A stretch of 64,000 bases of DNA, from contig SUUZ01000001.1 in the NCBI GenBank assembly GCA_015062235.1, positions 191,255 through 255,254 on the forward strand, read 5' to 3'. Both the position numbers and the translations under genes were made by a program. The notes under the pieces are model-generated. The model was given only the letters and a program-made list of their open reading frames with translations, ran no database searches and was not told where the DNA came from. The DNA is from Alphaproteobacteria bacterium. Lineage in GTDB: Bacteria; Pseudomonadota; Alphaproteobacteria; RF32; CAG-239. This document shows, one piece after another, positions 21,864-31,314 of this stretch; the stretch's first letter is position 1; every line of letters starts with the position of its first letter.

Positions 21864-22190
21864 ATTTTTCAATGTATTGCAATTTTTTAATTTAACGCAA
21901 AAACAACGTGTTGACAGAAACAGAGACTATTGAAATTAAATGTACCTTTAATTTCAATATTTTTTTAATCTACTGATAAATCAGATCTTATATTTAAATA
22001 TTTTACTCTTTCATTTTTTGCCTAAAAAAATCTCTAAAAAACCTAATTTTTTACTGGATTTTTAATATCTCAAATGCTATAAAGCGCTATAGAATTTGAT
22101 TCTGTTTTATAATGGCCGGAAGATTAGGCATTAAATCGTCTAATTTGAGGGCCTCTTTTATTTTGTTAACGTTAACTTTAAGGATGAAAT

Positions 22191-25100
22191 ATGTCTGAAG
22201 TAAAGATGAAAATGATGGATGGTAACGAAGCTGCTGCTTCTGTTGCTCACCGCATGAATGAAGTCTGCGTTATCTACCCAATTACTCCATCTTCTCCGAT
22301 GGGTGAATGGGCTGATGCGTGGTCTGCTGCCAAACAAAAAAACCTTTGGGGTGTAATTCCTGAGGTTCAAGAAATGCAATCAGAAGCAGGTGCTGCAGGT
22401 GCTTGTCATGGTTCTGTTCAAGCAGGTGCTTTAACCACAACCTTTACCGCTTCTCAAGGTTTGCTTTTAATGATTCCAAATATGTACAAAATTGCTGGCG
22501 AACTTAGCCCATTTGTTATGCATGTAGCAGCTCGTTCTTTAGCTTATCATGCATTGTCAATTTTTGGTGATCACTCTGACGTTATGTCTTGCCGCCAAAC
22601 AGGTTTTGCAATGCTTGCATCAAACTCTGTTCAAGAAGCTCATGACTTTGCAGCAATTGCCCAAACTTCAACTTTGCGTTCTCGCGTTCCATTCATGCAC
22701 TTCTTTGATGGTTTCCGTACTTCACACGAAATCAAAAAAATCAAATTGTTATCTGATGATGATTTGCGTGCAATGTTAGAAGGTGTTGACTATACTTTCA
22801 ACGCTAAAAATGCGCTTCGTCCAGAAGCTCCTGTTTTGCGTGGTACAGCTCAAAACCCTGACGTATTCTTCCAAGGTCGTGAAGCCTGCAACAAATTCTA
22901 CAATGCTGTTGAAGGTATCGTTCAAGAAGAAATGGATAAATTTGCTAAAATTTCTGGTCGCAAATACAACGTTGTTGATTATGTTGGTCCAGAAGATGCT
23001 GAACAAGTCATTGTTATTATGGGTTCTGGTGCCGAAACAGTTGAAGAAGCAATAGCTTATTTAAATAATAATGGATACAAAGTTGGTCTTTTAAAAGTTC
23101 GCTTATATCGTCCATTCCCAGAAAAATCATTCTTAAAAGCTCTTCCAAAATCTGTCAAAGTTGTAAATGTTTTGGATAGAACAAAAGAGTCTGGCTCTAT
23201 AGGTGAACCTTTATACTTAGATGTAGTAGCAACCCTCACTCAAGCATTTGCTAATGGTGAAATAGCTAATATGCCTCGCGTATTTGGTGGTCGCTATGGC
23301 TTGTCTTCAAAAGAATTTACTCCTGGTATGGTTCGTGCTGTTTATGACAATGGTGCATCAATGAAACCTATTAATGGTTTTGCTGTTGGTATCAATGACG
23401 ATGTTAATAACACATCTCTACCATACAACGATGATATCGATACCGAAGGTAAAGACGTTGTTCGTGCCGTATTCTATGGTTTGGGTGCTGATGGTACCGT
23501 TGGTGCTAACAAAAACTCAATCAAAATTATTGCTGAAGATGCAGGTAAATATGGTCAAGGTTATTTCGTTTACGATTCTCGTAAATCAGGTTCTATGACC
23601 ACATCTCACCTACGTTTTTCCGACAACCCAATCAAAGCTGCATACTTAATTAACAAAGCAGATTTTGTTGCTTGTCACCAATTCCCTTTCATGGCAAAGG
23701 TTGACATCTTAAAAATTGCTAAACCTGGTGCAACATTCTTGCTCAATGCTCCATATTCTGCTGATGAAGTATGGAACCATCTTCCACGTGAAGTTCAGCA
23801 AGAAATTATTAGTAAAAAACTAGAATTCTACACAATTAATGCTGTAGAAGTAGCTCGTGAAACTGGAATGGGTCAACGCATTAATACAATTATGCAAGCT
23901 TGCTTCTTTGCGATTTCTAACATCCTACCAAAAGATGAAGCTATTGCACAAATTAAAAATGCAATTAAGAAAACCTATTCTAAAAAAGGTGATGCTATCG
24001 TTCAAAAGAACTTTGTTGCTGTTGACGCCTCATTGGAACACTTGCACAAAGTAAACTATCCAAATGAAGTTACATCAACATTTAATCGTTTACTTCCTGT
24101 TCCTGCAGATGCTCCTGAATTCATTCGTAAAGTTACAGGTGAAATCATCGCTGACCGTGGTAACGAACTTCCTGTTTCTGCTTTCAACGATGTTGTGGAT
24201 GGTACATGGCCAACAGGTACAACTCAGTTTGAAAAACGTTGTATTGCAACTGAAATACCTGTTTGGGATGCTGAAAGTTGTATCCAATGTGGTAAATGTT
24301 CTCTTGTTTGTCCTCATGGCGTTATCCGCATGAAAGTAGCTTCAGAGGCTGAACTAGCTTCTGCTCCAGCAACTTTGAAATCAGCTCCTTACAAAGGTAA
24401 AGAATTTGCAGATAAAAGATTTATTTTGCAAATTTCTCCTGAAGATTGTACAGGTTGTGGTATTTGTACGTCTGCTTGTCCAGCAAAGAACAAGGCAAAT
24501 CCTGAACTCAAAGCTATCAATATGGATCACATTGAAAACCATTTGGATGCTGAAAAAGCTAATTGGAAATTCTTTGAAACTTTACCATATGTAAAACGTA
24601 CCGAAGTTGTTAAGAACTTGCCAAAGACAACCCAAATGATTCAACCTTTATTTGAATTCTCTGGCGCTTGTGCTGGTTGTGGTGAGACACCTTATGTAAA
24701 ATTGTTGACTCAATTGTTCGGTGACCGCATGGTTGTTGCTAATGCAACAGGTTGTTCTTCAATTTACTCTGGTAACTTGCCTACAACTCCATATGCTAAA
24801 GATGAAAAAGGTCATGGTCCTGCTTGGGCTAACTCTTTATTTGAAGACAATGCCGAATTTGGTTTAGGAATGCGTTTTTCAATTGATCAACAAACATCTT
24901 TTGCTAAACAATTGTTAGAAGGCTTAAAAGATAAAGTTGGTGTAGAATTAACTGAAAAATTGTTAAACAATCCTCAATCAAATGATGTTGAAATTGATGA
25001 ACAACGTGGTCTTGTTGCTGAATTGCGTACAAAATTGACAAGTATCAATTCCGCTGAAGCTAAACATCTTGATAAATTAGCTGACTACCTCATCAAAAAA

Positions 25101-25751
25101 TCTGTATGGATTTTAGGTGGTGATGGTTGGGCTTACGATATTGGTTTTGGTGGTCTTGATCATGCTATTGCTTCTGGCAAAAACATCAACATTATGGTAA
25201 TGGATACAGGTGTTTACTCAAATACTGGTGGCCAGCAATCAAAAGCAACTCCAATGGGTGCTTCTGCTAAATTTGCTACTGCAGGTAAAGCAATTCCTAA
25301 GAAAGATTTGGGCATGATAGCTATGTCTTATGGCAATGTTTATGTTGCTCAAGTTTCAATTGGAGCTAATGATAGCCAAGTAATCAAAGCCTTAAATGAG
25401 GCTGAAGCATATGATGGTCCATCATTGATTATCGCTTATTCTCACTGTATCGCTCAAGGTTTCAACTTGATTGACGGTTTGTCTCACCAAAAGGCTGCTG
25501 TTGAATCTGGTTCTTGGCCTTTGTACCGTTACAATCCTGAAAACGTTAAAGAAGGTAAAGCTCCATTGAGCCTTGACTCAAAAGCTCCAACCAAACCATT
25601 AGCTGAATATATGGCTAATGAAACACGCTTCCAGATTGTTAACAAACAAAATCCAGAGCGTTATGAAACTCTTGTAAACAAAGCTCAAGAAAACGTTAAT
25701 GAAAAACGTTCACTTCTTGAACATATGGCTGAATTTAAAATTGCCGAATAA
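22191..25751 (+). CDS. nifJ: Pyruvate:ferredoxin/flavodoxin oxidoreductase
   Basis: YPITPSS, GADGTVGANK, two CxxCxxCxxxCP clusters, GACAGCGE, GGDGWAYDIG. Confidence 0.98.
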   Translation: MSEVKMKMMDGNEAAASVAHRMNEVCVIYPITPSSPMGEWADAWSAAKQKNLWGVIPEVQEMQSEAGAAGACHGSVQAGALTTTFTASQGLLLMIPNMYKIAGELSPFVMHVAARSLAYHALSIFGDHSDVMSCRQTGFAMLASNSVQEAHDFAAIAQTSTLRSRVPFMHFFDGFRTSHEIKKIKLLSDDDLRAMLEGVDYTFNAKNALRPEAPVLRGTAQNPDVFFQGREACNKFYNAVEGIVQEEMDKFAKISGRKYNVVDYVGPEDAEQVIVIMGSGAETVEEAIAYLNNNGYKVGLLKVRLYRPFPEKSFLKALPKSVKVVNVLDRTKESGSIGEPLYLDVVATLTQAFANGEIANMPRVFGGRYGLSSKEFTPGMVRAVYDNGASMKPINGFAVGINDDVNNTSLPYNDDIDTEGKDVVRAVFYGLGADGTVGANKNSIKIIAEDAGKYGQGYFVYDSRKSGSMTTSHLRFSDNPIKAAYLINKADFVACHQFPFMAKVDILKIAKPGATFLLNAPYSADEVWNHLPREVQQEIISKKLEFYTINAVEVARETGMGQRINTIMQACFFAISNILPKDEAIAQIKNAIKKTYSKKGDAIVQKNFVAVDASLEHLHKVNYPNEVTSTFNRLLPVPADAPEFIRKVTGEIIADRGNELPVSAFNDVVDGTWPTGTTQFEKRCIATEIPVWDAESCIQCGKCSLVCPHGVIRMKVASEAELASAPATLKSAPYKGKEFADKRFILQISPEDCTGCGICTSACPAKNKANPELKAINMDHIENHLDAEKANWKFFETLPYVKRTEVVKNLPKTTQMIQPLFEFSGACAGCGETPYVKLLTQLFGDRMVVANATGCSSIYSGNLPTTPYAKDEKGHGPAWANSLFEDNAEFGLGMRFSIDQQTSFAKQLLEGLKDKVGVELTEKLLNNPQSNDVEIDEQRGLVAELRTKLTSINSAEAKHLDKLADYLIKKSVWILGGDGWAYDIGFGGLDHAIASGKNINIMVMDTGVYSNTGGQQSKATPMGASAKFATAGKAIPKKDLGMIAMSYGNVYVAQVSIGANDSQVIKALNEAEAYDGPSLIIAYSHCIAQGFNLIDGLSHQKAAVESGSWPLYRYNPENVKEGKAPLSLDSKAPTKPLAEYMANETRFQIVNKQNPERYETLVNKAQENVNEKRSLLEHMAEFKIAE

Positions 25752-25770
25752 CGCTTTGTTTTAACTATTC

Positions 25771-25853
25771 AAAACTCTCCAATCAATGATTGGAGAGTTT
25801 TTTATAATTAACAACAAAAACCCTCATACTTATAAAAGTACGAGGGTTTTTGT
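25771..25853. terminator. Two tandem terminator hairpins between convergent genes
   Basis: AAAACTCTCCAATCA/TGATTGGAGAGTTTT and AAAAACCCTC...GAGGGTTTTT. Confidence 0.8.
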
Positions 25854-25865
25854 TAAAAGAAAACA

Positions 25866-26840
25866 CTACTTGATAATTAAGCCACGTTTAGGAAAACCTT
25901 TACGTATCCTTTTCAATAAAATTTTAGTTTGTTCCTCAAAATTTTTATTTTTTTGAAAAACACGTAACTCCTTTCGTCTTGCGGCTGCATTTGCTAAACC
26001 GATATTACAATCAAGTCGCAAAAATTTCCACATATCAGCAGTATTAAAAAATGCGCTATATCCTCTCAAAAGCAAATCCTTAACCCAAGCCATTTCTGGT
26101 CGAGCAAACTTCTTTTCAATTGGAAGCTCTATTCTTTCTTGAGGTCTATAAATCTGCGCGATAACTACATTAGCCAATAATTTATCGACAGCATACGTTT
26201 GAGGTGAAAATACCTCAACATCAAACAATCTTGCCGAAAAATCAAGTCGCGGCACTTCGAAAAAAATAAAATCAATGTGCGGCAACATTTTAGGCAACGT
26301 CTGAGCAGCAAGAAGAGATAGCCCAACTCCTGTAATAACCAAAACTTTAGGCTTAGTCTTACATGGAATACTTCTAATTACTTGATTAATATCCCATATA
26401 ATCTCCCGACTTGTTTGACCATAGGCTTGCTGATGATTCTTCAGAACCCAATCTTTAGAAAAACCAAGTTCTATCATACCATTCTCAAACCATTGAGCAT
26501 TAGGAATTTTTTGATTAAAACTCCCTTGCAGATTTCCTACCGTAACAAATTCAGGATATTTACCGTATTTATCACGATAGCGAACAGCAATTTCAGCAGC
26601 ATAATCTAACGCTCTAGGACTTTCCCCAAAAACCAACATAATATCAGCTTCTGGAATGCTATCCATAGCAAATGAATGAACTTTGGAGTTATCCTCGCTC
26701 ACAAACCTAGAAAAATTACCACCACCATTCTTATGATCATTTTGAATCACATCAAGTAATGACAATGGATTATTTTCATTATAGGTGCACCAATCCTCCA
26801 TAAGTATCAAATGACGACAATCTTCTCTTGATAGAATCAT
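25866..26840 (-). CDS. Hypothetical protein, divergent YdcF/DUF218-like
   Basis: DIMLVFG..RA..AA, LGFSKDWV and VLVITG pattern; paralog of the next gene. Confidence 0.6.
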   Translation of the reverse strand: MILSREDCRHLILMEDWCTYNENNPLSLLDVIQNDHKNGGGNFSRFVSEDNSKVHSFAMDSIPEADIMLVFGESPRALDYAAEIAVRYRDKYGKYPEFVTVGNLQGSFNQKIPNAQWFENGMIELGFSKDWVLKNHQQAYGQTSREIIWDINQVIRSIPCKTKPKVLVITGVGLSLLAAQTLPKMLPHIDFIFFEVPRLDFSARLFDVEVFSPQTYAVDKLLANVVIAQIYRPQERIELPIEKKFARPEMAWVKDLLLRGYSAFFNTADMWKFLRLDCNIGLANAAARRKELRVFQKNKNFEEQTKILLKRIRKGFPKRGLIIK

Positions 26841-27745
26841 AATCCTAGTTGATCTTTATATTGGACAATCAGTTTTCTAACTTGAGCTCGAACATAAGCG
26901 CAGGTATCTTTGCTAAACCACGGGAAATCCTGTAGTCTATCACAAAGAAGCTGAAACACATCCCCCTCTTGCAAACCAAAACCTTCAAAATTGTGATTTT
27001 TGTTCACTCCTAAGACATACCCTTTGACTGCTACTTTATAAATAAACTTAGCATCAAGAGCATATGCCCTTACATCCTTGGGTAAATGACATCTTTTTTC
27101 GCCCCATCCTTCAAAAGCTTTTACTACATTTGCAAGCATCAAATCTATCGCAAAACCATTAGGTCCCACAATTTCCGCCTCAAAAATTCTATCTTCCTCT
27201 GCAATAAAAGGATTTTCATAAAAAGACCAATTAATTTTCGGAAAATAGAAAAACAGTTCTTGAGCCACATTCAGAGAATATCCTCTAGACGAGAAAACCG
27301 CAACCTTTTTCAAACATTCTTTTGGTGTAAAAACTTCCGCCAATCCGTTTATCACACCAGCCTCAAAACTAGGATTATACTTATTTACAACATCCTTAGG
27401 GACGCCTAAAGAGTGTAAAATAAGTTTAAGCCAAAACTCTATTCTATAACCATAATTAATATGTGGCGAAGAACAAAACGCTGGAGTACAAATCAAATTC
27501 GGATATACCCCAAAACGTTGATAAAAATTGTGTAAAAATACTGCTGCTTCTGCGGCGGCTCTAAAATTATCACCCACCACCAAAACAGCATCTACAGGCT
27601 TAAGCCCTCCATAAATTGAAATAGATGGAACAGCTCTTACCTTACCAGATCTTTCAATCCTCAAATTGCTAAATGTTAGCCATGTCTCACTGCCAAGCAG
27701 CTCTCTGTGTTTATACACAGAAATTTCTCTACCTTTCTTTGCCAT
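26837..27745 (-). CDS. Hypothetical protein, divergent YdcF/DUF218-like
   Basis: DAVLVVG..RA..AA, LGVPKDVV; ATGA overlap with its paralog. Confidence 0.6.
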   Translation of the reverse strand: MAKKGREISVYKHRELLGSETWLTFSNLRIERSGKVRAVPSISIYGGLKPVDAVLVVGDNFRAAAEAAVFLHNFYQRFGVYPNLICTPAFCSSPHINYGYRIEFWLKLILHSLGVPKDVVNKYNPSFEAGVINGLAEVFTPKECLKKVAVFSSRGYSLNVAQELFFYFPKINWSFYENPFIAEEDRIFEAEIVGPNGFAIDLMLANVVKAFEGWGEKRCHLPKDVRAYALDAKFIYKVAVKGYVLGVNKNHNFEGFGLQEGDVFQLLCDRLQDFPWFSKDTCAYVRAQVRKLIVQYKDQLGL

Positions 27746-27799
27746 AAGCTTTTATTTTTTAAAATTAAACATAGGGAATTCATAATTATTAACTGGCAT

Positions 27800-27870
27800 C
27801 TTTAATACAACACCTTTAGACAAAAATCAAGACAAAAATATTGACATATAAACAAAACATGCCTACAATC
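27800..27870. promoter_or_regulatory. Back-to-back sigma70-like promoters
   Basis: Plus: TTGACA-17-TACAAT (27841-27869); minus: TTGATT-17-TATTAA. Confidence 0.5.
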
Positions 27871-27890
27871 TACAACAAGACAAATATAAA

Positions 27891-28583
27891 ATGCATATAA
27901 TTATGAAAAAACTAGAATTTTTACCTCCTGATGCTATCGTGCAAAATGAGGCTGAAGCACAAAAGAAAGTTTTAGATAGTATTAAGCTTAAACTAACATT
28001 CAAACCATACCTTATAATTTTTTCCAATAACAATGACGATGATACAAGTGTCGCCTTTTGTTGGAGAAGTTTATTAGCTGATAAAAAATCAGAAATAATG
28101 ATTTTTGCATTTGAAGATGATTTAAACTTAATGAAAGATTTCGACAATTACGAATACATTCCTCTTTCTCAGGAAAGTACGTTTATAATTGAAGACAGAA
28201 TCTTTACTATCAAACATTCTCATAAAGGTTATGAACTGATGGAGTTGCCATATGTTTACTCTGAACGACAAGCAAAATCTATCGCTCGCGTTGTAAATGC
28301 TGATTTGAATCTTGTTTGGGATATATGTCTAGCTTACTGTGAAAATGAACCTTTATGTTACGTATGGTACGGAAAGTCCAATATCGATGAAAGCAAAAGC
28401 TTTTATATTCCCGTATTTCCGAAAGATGTCGATAAAATAAATTACTTAGACTATCTTGGTTTCATAAACAAAAACAAACCTATCATTAATGAAAAAATGA
28501 TTTACGAATTTGTTTATGATAAAACCGATGGGTTAGTAATTAAAAGACTTTGTCCTATGCTAAATGACGGTCCGCATTCTTGA
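27891..28583 (+). CDS. Hypothetical protein (ORFan-like)
   Basis: 230-aa ORF with its own promoter and a downstream hairpin; no motif recognised. Confidence 0.65.
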   Translation: MHIIMKKLEFLPPDAIVQNEAEAQKKVLDSIKLKLTFKPYLIIFSNNNDDDTSVAFCWRSLLADKKSEIMIFAFEDDLNLMKDFDNYEYIPLSQESTFIIEDRIFTIKHSHKGYELMELPYVYSERQAKSIARVVNADLNLVWDICLAYCENEPLCYVWYGKSNIDESKSFYIPVFPKDVDKINYLDYLGFINKNKPIINEKMIYEFVYDKTDGLVIKRLCPMLNDGPHS

Positions 28584-28606
28584 TATCAAGATGCGGACCT
28601 CATTTT

Positions 28607-29734
28607 TTATTTTAACTTATCAGGATTCAATCCTTGTAACTCTTTAACCACAAACACCCCATCTTTCCTTATCAATTTATCATCAAACCAAATCTCACCA
28701 CCACCATGCGCCTTGTCCTGTATTAAAACTAAATCCCAATGCACACTAGATCTATTTCCATTAAATGTTTCATCACTATAAGAATTACCAATAGCCATAT
28801 GAAGAGAACAAGCAATCTTTTCGTCAAATAAAATATCCATCATTTCTTTTCTGATATAAGGGTTTACTCCAATGGCAAACTCACCCATATATTTAGCTCC
28901 TTCATCAACTGACAATTGTTTTTGCAATTTATCATTATTAGCTCTCGATTCGGCCTTTATAATCTTTCCATCTTCAAATTCTAAATATATGTTTGAATAA
29001 TATACTCCTCCATACAAAGTATCTGTATTAAATTGAATGTATCCATTAATTGAATTTTTAACAGGCGCTGTATAAACTTCTCCGTCTGGAATATTCATAT
29101 TTCCATCACAAACTACTGCTTTCAAATCTTTAATCGAAAATTCCAAATCAGTATTAATACCTTTAATTCTAACCTTGTCGGTTTTATCCATCAACTTCTT
29201 TAATGGTTGCATGGCTTTGCCCATTTTTTTATAATCAACCAAACAACAATCAAAGAAAAAATCTTCTAACGATTTTTTAGACATTTTTGATACTGCTGCC
29301 ATCGTATCATTTGGATACCTCATCACACACCACCGTGTATTAGGGATTCTAGCATCAAAATGCACCAGATTATAATAAATTTCATTGTAAGTTTTCATTT
29401 TAGCAGGAGAAACATCAGACATTGCGAACAAATCATCATATCCCCTAACTGCCACATAACAATCCATATCATCCATCAACGATTTGTGCCACTTTGCATA
29501 TTGTTCAATCTGCTGTGGATTTGCATTATCTACCAAATTTTTAACAAATGAATTGTCATTATACATATAAAATGGCACTGCTCCCATCTTTGTAGCAATT
29601 CTAATAAATTCATTGAATAAATCTTTAGTAGATTCGCTAAAGGCTTCAATATAAATTTTTTCACCTTTTTTAAGTTTAACTGAGTTTTTCAAAATATTTT
29701 CAGCAAGTTTTGTAATTCTATCATCTATCCTCAT
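28607..29734 (-). CDS. Aminopeptidase, peptidase M29 (AmpS/AmpT) family
   Basis: NIPDGEVYTAP, GEFAIG, LFDEKI, HMAIG, HWDLV. Confidence 0.93.
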   Translation of the reverse strand: MRIDDRITKLAENILKNSVKLKKGEKIYIEAFSESTKDLFNEFIRIATKMGAVPFYMYNDNSFVKNLVDNANPQQIEQYAKWHKSLMDDMDCYVAVRGYDDLFAMSDVSPAKMKTYNEIYYNLVHFDARIPNTRWCVMRYPNDTMAAVSKMSKKSLEDFFFDCCLVDYKKMGKAMQPLKKLMDKTDKVRIKGINTDLEFSIKDLKAVVCDGNMNIPDGEVYTAPVKNSINGYIQFNTDTLYGGVYYSNIYLEFEDGKIIKAESRANNDKLQKQLSVDEGAKYMGEFAIGVNPYIRKEMMDILFDEKIACSLHMAIGNSYSDETFNGNRSSVHWDLVLIQDKAHGGGEIWFDDKLIRKDGVFVVKELQGLNPDKLK

Positions 29735-29737
29735 AAC

Positions 29738-31150
29738 TCATAATCCTTTAATAAGCTCATTCAGCAACTTAACACCAAAACCTGATGCCAAACCATCTTT
29801 ATCCAATCTTAACCCACTCATATCAATATGAGCCCATTTAGTATCTTTTTCAATAAACTCCTGTAAAAAAGCCGACGATGCTACTGATGCACTTTCTCCA
29901 ACTGGTAAATTTTTTAAATCGGCAATTTTAGAACTCAACATCTTTTTATATCTACTATCTAAAGGCATTTGCCACAATTTTTCCCCACTCAGATTACCAG
30001 CCTCTATCAAATCTTCTACTAACTTTTCATCATTTGAAAAAACAGCTGCATAAACATTACCTAACGTAGTTTTGAGCGACCCAAATGTTGCAATATCAAC
30101 CAATCTTGACACTTTATAATTATTCTGCAAATAAGATAAACAATCTGCCACCACTAAACGTCCTTCAGCATCTGCATTAACAACTTCAACTGTTTTTCCT
30201 TTAAATGAAGTATAAACGTCACCTATTTTCATAGCTGTTGCACTCGGAATATTTTCAACCAAACCAACAACGGCCACCAAATTTTTACGTACCCTTTGTA
30301 ATGCTGCCACTTTCATTGAGGCAACAACCGCTGCAGCTCCAGCCATATCCATTTTCATTTCTATCATACCTTGATTCGACTTCAAACTCAAACCGCCTGC
30401 ATCGAAACAAACTCCTTTGCCAATCAAACCAAGATCATAATCTTTTTTATCTCTATTACCAATCCAACGCATCACAACAACATAAGGCTTATTGTCACTT
30501 CCTTTTCCAACAGCATCAATCAAACCTAAACCATTAAGTCTAATTTGTTCACTATCTAACACATCTATATCAAGACCCAGATAAGTAAGTCTTTTTATAT
30601 CAGAAGCAAAAACTTCTGGCGTCAAATAACTGGCAGGTTCATTACATAAATCCTTACAATACCTAACACCATTAACCATCGCAACATAAGGTTTAAAATA
30701 TTCTGTTGCTTCTTTTTCATTTTCTACTCGTAAAATTATCCTTTCCAATTTGGTATATTCTTCAGCTTTTTTCTCTGTTTTATATTTATCAAAACTATAC
30801 GAGCCCAACAAAACACCATAAGCTAAGTTTAGTGCTATATCTTCACTCTCTGTAGCAATATAAGCACATTCAACGTCAAACAAATTTTCAAAAAGAAACT
30901 GCCCAGCATCACGAATTGCTAAAATATCATTTTTCTTACCTAAACCAAATAATATTATTTTTTCACGAGCACCATACACCACACAAACCTGATTAGCTTT
31001 TCCTTCAAAACCAGACTGTAAAATAGCACTTTCTACTAATTTAATTTCATTTGCCGTTAAAAAATCTATTGCAGTCTCTTGTCCCTCAAACATTGCAATT
31101 ACCTTGACAACATTTTGAGGTTTATCATTCGTAAAAATAACCTCTAACAT
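29738..31150 (-). CDS. pepA: Leucyl aminopeptidase (M17); probable start MLEVIF
   Basis: GKGVCFDAGG, MKMDMAGAA, NADAEGRL, WAHID. Confidence 0.9.
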   Translation of the reverse strand: MLEVIFTNDKPQNVVKVIAMFEGQETAIDFLTANEIKLVESAILQSGFEGKANQVCVVYGAREKIILFGLGKKNDILAIRDAGQFLFENLFDVECAYIATESEDIALNLAYGVLLGSYSFDKYKTEKKAEEYTKLERIILRVENEKEATEYFKPYVAMVNGVRYCKDLCNEPASYLTPEVFASDIKRLTYLGLDIDVLDSEQIRLNGLGLIDAVGKGSDNKPYVVVMRWIGNRDKKDYDLGLIGKGVCFDAGGLSLKSNQGMIEMKMDMAGAAAVVASMKVAALQRVRKNLVAVVGLVENIPSATAMKIGDVYTSFKGKTVEVVNADAEGRLVVADCLSYLQNNYKVSRLVDIATFGSLKTTLGNVYAAVFSNDEKLVEDLIEAGNLSGEKLWQMPLDSRYKKMLSSKIADLKNLPVGESASVASSAFLQEFIEKDTKWAHIDMSGLRLDKDGLASGFGVKLLNELIKGL

Positions 31151-31314
31151 ATCAATAACACCCCTACTCCTAAGCATTATCATTTCTATATACATCAGTT
31201 TAAGTATTTTTTTATAAAATAAAACAAAAAAAAACACTATCCTCATCAAATATTTTATGGACAAAAAACCAAATATATGCTATGTTTTGTCAAACAAGTT
31301 AAGAGGAACTATTC

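Noticed and set aside
22158-24594. Many short ORFs overlapping PFOR (similar ones overlap clpX, secA, prfC, ftsZ)
   Set aside because: Antisense or alternate-frame by-products of codon bias; no SD or motifs
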